From the NCBI RefSeq assembly GCF_009914755.1, contig NC_060930.1: 64,000 nt of DNA. The stretch is one strand, 5' to 3'. Position numbers and translations under genes: made by a program. The notes below the pieces were generated by a model, which saw nothing but the letters and a program-made list of their open reading frames with translations, did no database searches and had not been told where the DNA came from. This stretch comes from the human T2T-CHM13v2.0 reference genome, Homo sapiens. This document shows, one piece after another, positions 1-13,174 of this stretch (position 1 is its first letter; each line of letters starts with the position of its first letter).

Positions 1-169
1 GAATAAGGGGGCCTATGGTACTTCAAATGAGTAATTTTTTTAAAATAAGATTGTCCTTATAGGAAATTGGGCATACATTTTGTGTCAGATCCAAGTTAAG
101 AGCTTGATAGGTACTCTATGAAAACTTTAAAATCCCAGGCTTTGCCCTAGCACCCTGGTTTCTTGAGTT

Positions 170-360
170 AGAATCTCTACTTTCCTATTTCACAGCTATG
201 TGACTCTCACAAGTTACTTACAACTTCTGAGTTTGAGTTCTCCTATCTGTAAAGCCAGCATAAAGATACTACCTACATTCTAGCATTGTTTTGTGAATTA
301 AATTACTTGAGATAAAGTGCTTAAAACAGCCTGAAACATGGGAAATCCACACTAAGTATT
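170..360 (+). mobile_element. MIR SINE fragment
   Basis: Degenerate MIR core: 'gctatgtgactctcacaagttacttacaacttctgagtttgagttctcctatctgtaaa...aaagtgcttaaaacagcctg'. Ends approximate. Confidence 0.7.
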
Positions 361-2579
361 CAATTGAGAAATTGAGCTATAGCAATAAAATAAATCAAAT
401 AAATCACCAGGGCACAGAGCCAAAGAAGTGAAAAATCCAAGACTTAAGCAAAAGCAGTCTGTATCTGGCATTTGAAGCTGAATTATTGCTCAGCATTACT
501 GTTTAGTAAGCCAATTACTACTTTGGAGTCTCTCTCCCTTTGTTAAAAGTGTATCTGGATAAGCATAAACAATTGTTATTATGTTCTTTTCTTTCAGTTA
601 AAAAGTTCACTCATTTTCAGAATGGTTGGAGTAAAATCGAAGTTAAAGCTACAGACATTTCAAGGTCCCTGAAGATGTTTCCTACTTTTCAGTGGGAGTT
701 CTTTGAACAATTTTCCTCCCTATTCACACAAGTAGTACATGGTTGAAAGCAAATAAATGATGGCTTAGATAGTCTTTAAGACACATTCTGAATAATTCTT
801 CATTAAAAAAAGTAGATTCTAGAAATGCTTCAGAGTAGCAACAAGTCTTCAACAAATGTCCATGCTCATGTTTAACACTTCTAGCCATACTTAGTAGTAG
901 CCTAATCAACCCATGGCTGCTAGTATTTGAGAAAGGCAATGAGGGAGTAAAACCCTGATAAGTATTTAAGACTATTTCTTCTGTCTAGTAAATATAAACT
1001 GTACATATGTTTGTGTATAATTTTTTAAATCCCTCTTCTTCAGGCATCTGTTAGTCTCCAGGTCATTATTATTAAGTTAATCTTCATTACCCTCTTTCAA
1101 ATATCTTATCAGTAGGGGACTATTGAATGTTTGGAAAGTGGAGACATGTAGTCGCCTGAACCCATGCTTTAGGGTTAATAGGCTTTAGGCAATACTGCCA
1201 AATGTATCGTAGGCCCACTTTTGCAGCTCCAAAATTAGGCTTCAATATGGTTTCAGGGATGTGAAGCTTTAGAAAAAAGCCTTTCTTGCATCTGTGAAAA
1301 ATGTTTTTTCCAGTGCAGAGGAAATAATATACACCTAACTCAGTATGTCCACTATTTTCCTTGAAGAAGGGATTTGAAAAGATGGTGAGAAAAAACTCAA
1401 TCTCTTTTCCCTTGTCTTTCCCATATTTAACGTGAAGGACAATGAATATGGTTTAAAAAAATGTGTGCGGCCCAATATAGGACAATCTTCTCGTGGAGAT
1501 ACCTTATTATGAGGTATCTGTTTAAATTTAGATAATCTGCATATGTTTAAGAGGGATTCCTATTTTATAATCCAAGGAATAATTCAAGAAAGAAACTGAT
1601 AAGACTGCCCCAGAACCTTTGTAATAGTGTTGTAGTGGTTATAATTAGTTTTAATTAAATGTTTTCTGATATAAACTGGATTCATTAAGCCAACCAAAGA
1701 TAGTTAACTGAGAGTTCATCAATTTACATAACTAACTCAGCTAAATATGATATGAAGAAGAGGGGTCTTTATATTTTTATAATGAAGAAGACATGATTTT
1801 TGGAAATTTTTACAAATGTTTAAAGAAAAGGTCAATCCATGAAATTAGGCATTAGTTCTATGCACACAAATACTCTTGCTATTCTAAGATTCTCTTTTTG
1901 TAGTACTATATTAATAATTACAGTGATAGGACTCCTGTGTTAGGACCATGTTTTGCAAAAAAATATTTAAAAATGAAACTAAAATTTAAATTCTGAAATT
2001 ATAAATGTCTGTGTTAAAAGATCCTTTTATAGCTTTTTCCCATTTATATTTTATTTTTTATTTGCGACTCAGAAACAAGGACCACACTTTCGTACAAACA
2101 TTTTCAAGTTAATGAGATTTAGTGTCTGGAATAGGTACCTAGAAACTTAGTTCTTGACCATTTGTCATGGCCTATCTATTCACATACATGTCAACTTTTC
2201 AGGGGCAGATTAAACTCAATTCAAAATGAGTTTAGTTCTAATTTGGTTTAACCAAATCTAACTGAAGGGAAGAAATTCCTAAATAGCAAAAGTTCTTGTA
2301 CTAGGTTAAATAATTTGCTTCTGCTGCCTATTCAGTATTATTTATTCTGAATTCATCTGTTTGATTTATTTATATACTATAATGACATAATTTAATATTC
2401 CACCTTCAGCTTTCTAATAAACCTGTAAAGGGTTATAACAAATTGCATAGAGAAAATTTGTCATAACTTAGAAACCAGAAACAAGAACTGAGAAAACTGG
2501 TCATCTGCAAGACTATGCTGCCTACAGGATAAGGACCCTAAGTACTGGGCCACATGGCATACTCCAGTGTGCGGGCTTC

Positions 2580-2780
2580 AACTCAGATACCTACATTTGA
2601 ATCCTTGTCCCTAAACTTATTATATCACCCTGTTGAGTTACTTTATCTATTTGAGGCTCAGCTTTTCTATTATTAAAATAGGAATAATAATGCCTACTCT
2701 AATTTGGATGATGATGAAATGGGATGAAACCTCTAAAATGCAGAGCACAGTCACTGTAATCAGAATGATCTCTTAAATGG
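2580..2780 (+). mobile_element. MIR SINE fragment
   Basis: 'tttgaatcct...gagttactttatctatttgaggctcagcttttct...aaaataggaataataatgcctac' resembles the MIR core. Confidence 0.65.
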
Positions 2781-2839
2781 CAGTTGTGACTACTATAATT
2801 TATACATCTTTGGATCTTCTCGATGCCATCTTATTCTTG

Positions 2840-2946
2840 ATCTCACTAAATATTTATCTGATGCTTGTTGTATGTCCTGTATTTACTTTATGCAGGGAAT
2901 ACAAAGAGAATGTGGTATGTGTCTGGTTCTTGAGGACTACCTAGTG
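2840..2946 (-). mobile_element. L2 LINE 3' fragment
   Basis: 'cactaaatatttatctgatgcttgttgtatgtcc...gggaatacaaagag' resembles the reverse-strand L2 3' end. Confidence 0.45.
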
Positions 2947-4667
2947 AGCAAGTGTTATGTGTTGTACATTGTATGTTTTATAATTTGATTTGAATTTTTC
3001 AAAATCATATTTGTAATTTTGATTTTATTAAATGGTATTTTTCTAATATTTTGAATTAGCCATTTTCACAATTAGGAAAAAGTGAACAGAATTAATAATA
3101 TTTGTCATTCCTTTAATTACACTTATACATTCAAAACAGAATCTCCATTGCACAGTCCTTGGTTGGACAAAGTCTTATAACAGCTAAGACCTTCTTATCT
3201 TTGGACATGTGCTTGTTTCATGCTTAACTAAGTTTAAGTAGCTTTTTCTGGAAACCTTGTGGAGATCTGTTTTCAAATTTTTGCCTTTGATATATATATC
3301 TGTTTTTATTGTAATACCTAATTATTTTTTAACCTCCAACTGACAAATTTCACCTAAATTTAGATTGGATATGAAGAAGAAACCTACAGTATTTTTATTT
3401 TCTTTTTGCTTGAGATTTCATGTCTCATCTCCTTAACTTATACTCTTTTGAGTTCATCAAAGAAATGTATCAGGTAAATTAAATCCACATAGTCACAGAA
3501 AAATTATTTGAGGAAATGAACACTCATCAGCAGAAACTTATGACATTTGAATTGTTCTAAAAAAATTCTAAAGATTGATATCTCCCCACCATGCAAACCC
3601 ACACTTAACCTTTCTTATGCATCAGTCAGCTCTTTCAAAATAAATCGCATAACCTAAAATGCTCAGGAGTAGGAGAGATTTTTAAGTAAATACAGCACTT
3701 AAAATTATTGGGTTACTGTGGAACCATAAAAAAATGCAATTGTTGTAATTATGTGAAAAAAAAACCCTTGCTTGGCGTTTATATTCAATTAATTTCTAGA
3801 AGAAAGCAACATGTATTTTCTTCATATAACATAATTATTATCCTCAAGTCACATACATAGCATACTACTTATTATAATAAAGAAGTGGAATTTTATTAGA
3901 AGGAAGGGCAGTTTTATAAAAAAGAGAACTGGAAAAGGCAACTTTATGTTTTTCAACTATTTTTGTAGCTGAAACTTTCCATTCTTCCAAGGTAGCTCAT
4001 GTTATACAACCAATGTCTAGAATTTTCTCTTGCTTATGTTGTAGTCCCATTCTTGGAAAGCTAAGGGGGCCAGGTTTAAGCCTGTATCGTGAGTATGAAT
4101 ATTAAACCACAAGCTCAGAATGTGCAAAAATACCACTTTCCTTTACTTTTTTAGTCAATACATATCACACTGTAAGTCCATGACCTTCCACACAGAAGAG
4201 GAATTAGTATCAGTCCTAACCCCAACATATCCTCTTAACACACCTACCCAACTTCCTTCCATTTACAAAACCCATTTTTCCCAAAATACCAAGATAATAA
4301 ACTGACACTGGAGTGATTATTGTGTTCCATGGAAGGAAGAAAAATATCAGGAGCATGAAGACAAACTAATATTCTCTAACATCAATCATAGTAGAATAGA
4401 ATAGAAAGCTTCAACACAAATGAAAGAGAACAAATTTTTTTCCTAAAGCACTCTGTGTAGTACTCCTCTCCTTTCTCTTCCATGTAGCTAGTGCAGTGTG
4501 ACATTTGAACCCCAAGCAAGACTTGGAAATGGAAATATGATAAGGAATTTTGCATATGATATTGCAAGAAATAAATCTCTTAAGACATATTTAATGCTTA
4601 CTTTTTTAAAATGGTGCAGTACAAAATATTTATTTGTTCATCCCTGAGAGATCTGGACAAAATACAT

Positions 4668-5810
4668 AGATATATTATATTATAATTTATTATTATATAA
4701 ATATATAAGTATATATAATATATAAATATGTAATATATAATATATTATATTATATATAATACAATGTATAATATATAATATATAATAATTATATATTATT
4801 ATATATTATATAATATATTGTATAATATATATTTTATATATATATAATATATATAATATATCATGTATAATGTATGTATACATAATACAATATATAATAT
4901 ATAATATATGTATATAATACAATATATAATATATAATATATGTATATATAATACAATATATAATATATAATATATGTATATATAACACAATATATAATAT
5001 ATAATATATGTATATATAACACAATATATAATATATAATATATGTATATATAACACATTATATAATATATAATATATGTATATATAACACATTATATAAT
5101 ATATAATATATGTATATATAACACAATATATAATATATAATATATGTATATATAACACAATATATAATATATAATATATGTATATATAACACAATATATA
5201 ATATATAATATATGTATATATAACACAATATATAATATATAATATATGTATATATAACACAATATATAATATATAATATATATATAATACAATATATAAT
5301 ATATAATATATGTATATGTAGTACAATATATAATATATAATATATGTATATGTAATACAATATATAATATATAATATATGTATATGTAATACAATATATA
5401 ATATATAATATATGTATATGTAATACAATATATAATATATGTATACATAATACAATATATAATATATAATATATGTATATATAATACAATATATAATATG
5501 TAATATATTATATATAATACAATATATAATATATATGTATATATAATACAATATATAATATATAATATATTATATATAATACAATATATAATATATATGT
5601 ATATATAATATAATATATAATATATAATATATGTATATATAATACAATATATATAATACATATTATATATAATACAATATATAATATATATGTATATATA
5701 ATACAATATAATATATATAATATATGTATATATAATACAATATAGAATATATTGTATTATATATAATATATGTGTTCATTAATTTACTTATTTATATATA
5801 TTATATATAT
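4668..5810. repeat. AT-rich minisatellite, 34-bp core unit AACACAATATATAATATATAATATATGTATATAT, with degenerate TA-rich flanks
   Basis: 'aacaca' recurs at 4984, 5018, 5052 and onward (period 34). Variant blocks include AATACA/AACACA and TGTATATGT. Confidence 0.95.
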
Positions 5811-5908
5811 GTTATGTTCATTAATTTGCTTATTAATATTATCCTATGTGCATGGTAATTTAAGTACCAAGGAACCTAAAGCTGAAAATATCTACTGGAT
5901 AAGCTCGT

Positions 5909-6420
5909 TATAGTCAGGCAGTCTTGAAAATGGCTGTGAGTGATCCCTGCCTGTTGATATTCATGCCCTTATGTAGTACCTTGCCCTTACTGTGGTCTCT
6001 GGGTTTAAGAACCTGTTTCAAATAACAGAAAACAATAAAAGTTATATAGAATGTCACCCCATTGATTGGGTTACCAGAAAACTGTGCCTTCTCTCATAGG
6101 TACATTTAAATCTCTCTCCCTCTCTCTTGGGTCACCTGCCCTGGGAAACTCCAGGTACTAAAGAAGCCCACTAGGTCAGGAATTAAGACCTGGCAACAAA
6201 CATATGGTGAACCTGGAAATGAGTCTTTCCTGAAGTTGAGCCTTCAGAAGAAACGACAGCCCCAGCCCATAGCTTGACTGCAATCATATGACAGAACTGT
6301 AACAGGCACTTACCTAGGCCATGTCCAGATTCCTGACACACAGAAACAACAAAATGATAAATGTGTGCTAAGCTGCTAGGTTTGGGTGTCATTTATTACA
6401 CAGCAATAATATCCAGTACA
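5909..6420 (+). mobile_element. MLT1 (MLT1E/F-like) MaLR solo LTR
   Basis: Start 'aggcagtcttgaaaatggc...tgatccctgcctgttgatattcatgccctt'; internal 'gagccttcagaagaaacgacagccccagcc'; end 'ttattacacagcaataatatccagtaca'. Confidence 0.8.
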
Positions 6421-9072
6421 CCGTGGTTTTATATATCTTCTTCAACAATATTACCTTAGTTCTAGGCTCTCAAAATATTTTGTTAAATGAAAGAAATGAG
6501 GAGAAAACCAGTGGAGGTTAATAAGATAAAAATACAGAAAACAAACCTAAAATACACAAAAATATTAATGTATGATGTCTCTAAATTGACACTTTTTTCA
6601 AGTAATGAATTCTTCACTTTTTAAGCCATATTTTGTCAGGTATATTCCAAAAATCTTTTTACATATACAAATTAGGGAGAAATGTTAAAATTCTATCTTG
6701 ATATGGAATAATTTGTTGTAACTTTAAAACCTTTATGCCTCAAATGGAAAATTCGACATTCTCTTTATTCAATATTTGCTTGAAAGCAAATGGTTTGCTC
6801 TGTTACAGAGAATTGGATGATGCTGTCACACTTTTGTGCAAACAACTTGTTTTTCTGGCACCATTGTGCCCAGTGAACATTCCTAGAGTAGCTATGATTT
6901 TCACGGAGGTTAACCAAATGGTTTATTCTACTTATTTATACAAATTTTCTTCCAGGAAAAAAAAATGTTGCAGCTACTATGTTAAATGCCATTTCATTTA
7001 TGTATATAAAACCTTCTGCGTGAAAAGTTCTAAGTTTTTCTTAGACCAAGGGTAAAATAAAGATGATCACATAAAAATAGACCTAGGAGCAAGCTATAAA
7101 TGATACCAGAAATTGAATGTTAAAATCCTTCATTTTTCTTTTCAAACTGTTTACTGAGTTTACATAAAAAGTTTCCATTAATAATCATAATATTGGTGTT
7201 AGGCACCCAATCAATATCTGTGATTATTATATATTTGCCTATACTGAGAAATATGTAATTTAGATAATGTTTCATTCTTTATTGTGACATCAATTCTTCA
7301 AAATGGCAGTGACAGGAAATGACAATTATAAATCTTTGTTCAGGTTATTATTTTTGTATTACTGTTGCTCTCTAAAGTCATAGTAACTGCTGAAGATGAC
7401 AGTAAAACCAAGTATTAGAGTTGTGGCAGAAGTGCTCTGGAGACATCATCCTGTATATGATATATCCTAGCCATTATATACATGCCACCTTTCACTTAGA
7501 AATGCAACCCCAGAAAATGATGTCATTGGCTAATTCTTCCAGGCCACTGGCCAGTCATAGATATTTCTTTTTTCCTATTTTACCTGTAGCAAATGATCTA
7601 GATCCAGGGTCAGAAAGCTTTAGCGTTATGTAACTGTTTAACAGTTAAGTAATGAATAACCAAATGAAATTAAATAAGTATTGAGAGAAAAAGTTAACAA
7701 TTCCCTTAGCCGAGTATTTTACTCAATTACTTTTGTCTCATGATAAAACAAAACAGATTCAACAATTTCCATGGACATTTGAATATTTCCAAATTTTGCA
7801 TGGTGCTTTGATTAAAATGATAGGATAGATAGTAATGAAGAGACATTAAAGTAAAATTAATTGTTTTCCTGTCACATTTTTGGTGGTTGCAAAAAAAAAA
7901 AAAAAAAAATGAATTAGGCAAGCCCATTCCTAAGTAAGAAATAGGTGAAACAGCTTACACATGTAACCCAAAGCAGTTGTTTAATCTCAAATGAGATTCA
8001 ATTCACATATTGTTTCTTAATCTATTTAATAGTTTCATTTTTTGAAGTTTAAGCTCCTTTAGTAATAAAAGTTAGTTATATTAGATTAAACCTGGCATTT
8101 CTAGACCCTTTCTACTAAGAAAAGGAATAAAAAGCTTCTTTTTCCTGAACGTATGGAATCATCACATTAGCTTAGTAATATCCATTTTACGTATAGTATT
8201 TCAGAAGAAAATAACCAAAATATAACATGCTTTCATTTTTCTAGCATTTATTTAATGGAAGTTTAATTTTAGTGGTACATAATATAAAGAAATGTTCTGA
8301 TATCAGCAGTTCTGATTCATAATGAAAGCATTATAAATTATAAGGAATCACATTTTTCTGTCTAGAGTTTAATATATTATTTAAAATATCCATCAAATGT
8401 TCTTTCAGTCCTTGATGTAAGTTAAGATTTATTAATTTTATCAGTAACCCACCAATGAATTATATATTAATAAAAGATCAATTTAAAAGATCCATAAAAA
8501 TCTATTAAAAATGGCTCCCAAATAGACATCAGTCAAATGAGTATGAACCTACCTAAGGCTCAGAGATGCCCTCAGTTACATGACTTATTTCTCCAAATTA
8601 TTTAAAACCCTCTCAAGGCCCACATGATGAAACAAGTCCAATGTCATCTCCATTTGTCTGCCCTATAAATATACTTTCTAAGAATCCTACGCAGGTGAGG
8701 TTTCACAAAGCAAAGGGGGGATTGTCTGATAAATGCTACAAAGGTAAGCAATAGTGCCATTGTAGATATAACCTTTTGTTGCCATTCAGATTCATTGTTT
8801 TGAATGGTCTTTTATTGTCCTTTGGACAATGCTAGCTCACTAAACACAGCTGCCTTCCTTATTGAGATTAACAACCCAGCTCACTAATCACCTTTGAAAT
8901 GAAGGTAATATTAATTGTAATGATATAGACAATCTTATTGAGTGTTTTTATGTACCAGGCATGATTATAAGTATACTACCTATTTTATTTCACCTTGCCC
9001 AATGCCAGGTGATTTAGAACCAGTAAGTCCTTCTCTTGAACTGCATTAATAATATATTCAGACAGACTCCCT

Positions 9073-9483
9073 CTGTTAGTTTGCTAGTGCTGCCATAACA
9101 AAACACCACAGATTGAGTGGCTTAAACAATAGAAATTAATTTTCTCATAATCCTGGAGGCTAGAAGTCCAAGATCAAGATATTGGCAGGTTTAATTTGTT
9201 CTGAGATCTCTCTTGTTGTCCTGGAAATTTCCATTTTCTTGCTGTAACCTCACATAGTGGCCCCTCGATCTGTGCATGCTTAGACCTGGTGTCTCTCTGT
9301 CTGTGTGCTAATATCTTCTTATAAGGACACAGTCATATCGGATTAGAGCTGACCCTAACACTTCCATTTTAACTTAATTACTTATTTAAAGGCCTTTTCT
9401 CCAAATAAAAGTAATATTCTGAGGTACTGGAGTTAGGGTCTCCACATGTAAATTTTTGAGGGAATGCAATTCAACCCATAACA
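9073..9483 (-). mobile_element. MLT1A/B-type MaLR solo LTR
   Basis: 'ttagtttgctagtgctgccataacaaaacaccacagattgagtggcttaaacaatagaaatt...ctggaggctagaagtccaagatcaag...caattcaacccataaca'. Confidence 0.85.
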
Positions 9484-10141
9484 CTCCCAAAGTCTGCATA
9501 CACGTACATCAGAATTTATCTTACTCTCCTTTAGAAACGGAAGACAGTAAATATCTAGTATTCCATACTGCAGTTTAAAGCTTTCCTTTTTGACCCTGTA
9601 AACAAATAGGATAAGTTTTATTAAACATTTTTGCTTCAACAATGAAAACTTTCTTTCTTAAAGAAACATAGTTAAACATACTTCACAAATATAGTTTATC
9701 CTAGAAGCAGGTGGATGTCAGAAATATCTGTATGCCCCAGTGGGCTTTTCTTCCTGACAAGGATGACATGACCAAGACATATATCACTAGCAGTTCACTT
9801 TTCTACACTTGCGTATATAATTTTTATATAATTAACTAAACATTACAAATGTATGAAGATGGTGAGAATTATGAAATTAATGGCATTGAAGCAATAAAAA
9901 ACTGAGTTGCAATTTAGCTGCTTGCTTTATGTATTAAACCAAAACAAATTACTGAGAAAATTTAAAAGGTTAAATATTTTAAAATCAGGAACATAACTTT
10001 AGAGTAAACTTAATAATATTTATCAAATCTCATTTGAAAAATTTTCTAATCTGAAAGAGAAAGTGAGAAAAAGATTCATGCATTCTGTTGTCGATTTCAC
10101 ACTGTCTTGAATACTGTTGCTTTACAGTAAATATATCTATA

Positions 10142-10600
10142 TTTTTTAATAGGTTATTTTTTAGAGCAGTTCAGTTTCACAGCAAAATTGAGCAGAAGTT
10201 ACAGAAATTTCCAGTATATCCAACACATGAATAGCCTTCACAATTATCAGCATCTTCCACCAGAATGATACATCTGTTACAATTGACTAATCAACATTGA
10301 CATGTCATTATGCAAAGTCCATAGTTTACATTAGGGTTCAATCATGGTGTTGTACATTCTATGGGTTTGGAAAAATGTGCAATGACATGTACCTACCATA
10401 ACAGTATCATGCAGAATGGTTTCATTGCCCCCCAAATCCTCTATGCGCCATCTATTTATCCTTCCCCTAACGCTTAACCACTGATCTTTTAACTGTCTCC
10501 ATAATTTTACATTTTCCAGTATGTCATAGAGTTGTAGCCACAGAGTACGCGTTCTTTTCAGACTAGCTGCTTTTACATAGTAACGTGCATTTAAGTTCCA
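10142..10600 (-). mobile_element. L1MC1/2-type LINE-1 3' end
   Basis: 'ttttttagagcagttcagtttcacagcaaaattgagcagaag...aaagtccatagtttacattagggttca...gttgtacattctatgggtttgga' resembles the L1MC 3'UTR. Confidence 0.8.
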
Positions 10601-10604
10601 TTTT

Positions 10605-10955
10605 TTTTTCCTCTCTCAATGCTTTAAAAGATGTCACTCCATACACTTTTTTATAGTTTTTGAAGAGAAGTTGGATGCTATGTTTATTTTTGCTCCTCTT
10701 TAGGTAAGGTGCTTTTCCTCTGGTTTTCAGTAATTTTTTCTTTATTTTTGATTTTCTGTAATTTGAAATGACATTCCTAGTTGTAGTTTTTCTGGCATTT
10801 ATCCTAGTTGAGTTTCTCTGAGCTTTTTTGATCTGTGGTTTGGTGTCTTATACAGGGGAAATTTTCTGTCATTATTGTTCCAATTTTTTTATGTTCCTTT
10901 CTCTCTTCTCCTAGTATTTTTATTATGTGTATATTACACCTTCTGTAGTTGTTCC
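10605..10955 (-). mobile_element. old L1M ORF1-region fragment
   Basis: T-rich antisense L1 ORF1-like sequence ('gagaagttggatg...ctggcatttatcctagttgagtttctctgagc...atctgtggtttggtgtc'). Confidence 0.6.
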
Positions 10956-11039
10956 ATTTAACATGGAGAAAGCATGAAACGAGAAATCACATGAGGGATA
11001 CATCTTTGTTATGTAGATTTGAGGTCATCCACCAGAATG

Positions 11040-11535
11040 GACACTGTGGTATGCACCCAAATTCTATTTTCAGAGTAAAACATTAATACCTCCAGCTTCT
11101 GAGGTTATTGACAACTAAAAGATCATAGAAAAATTACCTTAGTCACACATTGCCTTTGGCTAAAGAGAACTATACCATACACAGGGTTATAGCTTCCTCT
11201 CTGGAGCATATAAAATAACATGACTGGTTAATGAATTTGCCTAGGCTGTGGGGTTTGGAGGCATTTTTGGTGAGGTGGAGAAAGGACAGAAGTGGTGCCA
11301 AAGGCCTGGCTCCACTTTCCGCATTGAGAGACAATCCTAAACAATTATCTTTGCTCCAGAGTGCCATATAGAATGCAGATGTCTTTGTGAAATCTATGCT
11401 ACAGCCCAACTTCTCACTCTGTCCAAACTTACTTTTTACTCTTCTCCTGTTGGTTTTGACCTCAAGACCCTCCCACAATAAATGCCTAAAAGTATATCTC
11501 AGGCTCAAAGTATGATTTCACCTGAATCTAGCATG
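11040..11535 (+). mobile_element. LTR16-type (ERVL) solo LTR
   Basis: 'cagcccaacttctcactctgtccaaactt...aataaatgcc...atctcaggctcaaagtatgatttc' resembles the LTR16 3' half. Confidence 0.55.
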
Positions 11536-12024
11536 CACCAAATAATGATGAAAATTGAGACTATAAACATAAGAATTTTCTGAGAGAAAAAAAAGTAGGA
11601 AATCAAGCAAAGAGTCTGGAGTAAGGCAGAAAAAGTAATAATTGGAAAAAAGTAAGAGAATAACCTGGTAGGTGCCATGTCTAGAAATTTCAAAAGAAGA
11701 ATATTTTAAAATATTTGGCCAACAAACAGAAATAAACCAGACATCAGTACCCATAAAGTTGTGGATAGGGTAGAAATTGGATTTCAGTAACTCATAATGA
11801 AAGGAGATTCAATGATATCAGGAAAATAAAGCAGGTAGTTTCAAATTTGGTGCTTATTAGGGAAAGGAAGTTCCAGGAGTATTTTTAAATGGTAGGGGAA
11901 TAGCCTATCAAGAGAGGTGGTGGATCTGCAAGTAAAAATAAGGTAATGGTTAAAGGGATATCCCAGAGGTGGTTATTAGAAATGAGTTTCAGAGTACAGG
12001 TAAAACACTGGATTTAAACAACAA

Positions 12025-12800
12025 GGAAGACTTCTGGGGTTTTGCTCAGGGAAGTAGAGAGCTTGAAAATTCATTAGTTTCATCCTTGCTTCAAAAAAAA
12101 TCTGAGTAAAATGCAAGTTCATGAAATTTTTAGAAACTTTCAGAGAGCTGCAATTGTAGGACAAACAAGTAACCCAAAATCATAGGAGAGCAGGCACTTA
12201 CAGGGCGAGATTACATGCAAATGATTGGAAGAGATGTCTCCGTACACTGATTTTTGAAAGATAACATATTGAGAAAGGATGAGAATCAGCTGATAGGAGA
12301 GGGTAAAGCCCCTGTGAACCAAATATGAGGAGTAGGTCACACCTTTTTCCCCCATAAACCTTTTCAGTTTATCACAAGGAAACCTAAGAAGAGTCCTGGG
12401 AAAAATTGCCTCCAGATATAGGCCAGGTGAGTAAACAGCAGCCATCACAAGATGGGCATGAAACTGACCAGACCTTTCTCCCTTTTCTCATGGGATAAAC
12501 TTGTTAATCTGCGATGAAAAAGCAACTAAAAAAAAAATCTCACCTTTAGAATATTGCTGAGAATTCATTGCATTCAGTGCATAAGAACAGAGGGAGAAAA
12601 TAAAATAAAACTCCCCTACTGGGAGAGGGATTGGAGCATGTGATGGGCCCCAAACTAAAGGTGGAGGAGGAGCAGGGGTACTTGTGAATTTCATATACCT
12701 GAGACCCAGAAAATGCAGTCCCCCTCTAAAATTTGAGGCTTAATCATAGCACTAGAGCATGATTCCATACTAGGATCCTACCAAGTTGGATATAAACAAT
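12025..12800 (+). mobile_element. old L1M (L1MC-type) 5' region
   Basis: 'gacttctgggg...gtagagagcttgaaaa...catccttgc...aaaatctgag...cagagagctg...' resembles an L1MC 5' end. Confidence 0.5.
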
Positions 12801-13070
12801 ATCTATCCTGTTTATTACTGTTTTATAATTGTTGCCCTTGTTTTTTGTTATTTTTGTCTTTCGCTCTTTGTCTTTTATGGTTTTAGTTGAGTATGTTGTA
12901 TGATTTTATTGTCTCTTCCTTTTTGCATATAAGTTGTATTTTTTTCTTTCTTTTACGTTTTTTTGTAGTTACTCCAGAGTTTGCAATATAGATTTACAAC
13001 TAAATCAAGTTAACTTTCAAAAAACATTATACTATTTAACAGAAAGTATGAATACCTTATAGTAACAAAA
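12800..13070 (-). mobile_element. old L1M inter-ORF fragment
   Basis: 'gtagttactccagagtttgcaatatagatttacaactaaatcaagttaactttcaa...atactattt' resembles antisense L1M inter-ORF sequence. Confidence 0.5.
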
Positions 13071-13174
13071 TTTTATCTGTTTATTTTGTTTTTAATGGTT
13101 TAAGTATCGTAACCCTAGGTGTGTATGTGTGTGTGTGTATGTGTACGTGTATGCATGTATGTACACATGTAAAT

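Noticed and set aside
4799-5706. Five overlapping minus-strand ORFs up to 250 aa, rich in Y/I/L
   Set aside because: Artefact of the AT minisatellite, whose minus strand rarely contains stops; the peptides are periodic and low-complexity.
6735-7055. 106-aa ORF in unique-looking sequence
   Set aside because: No recognisable homology, no convincing splice signals, and a length expected by chance. A regulatory role cannot be excluded.
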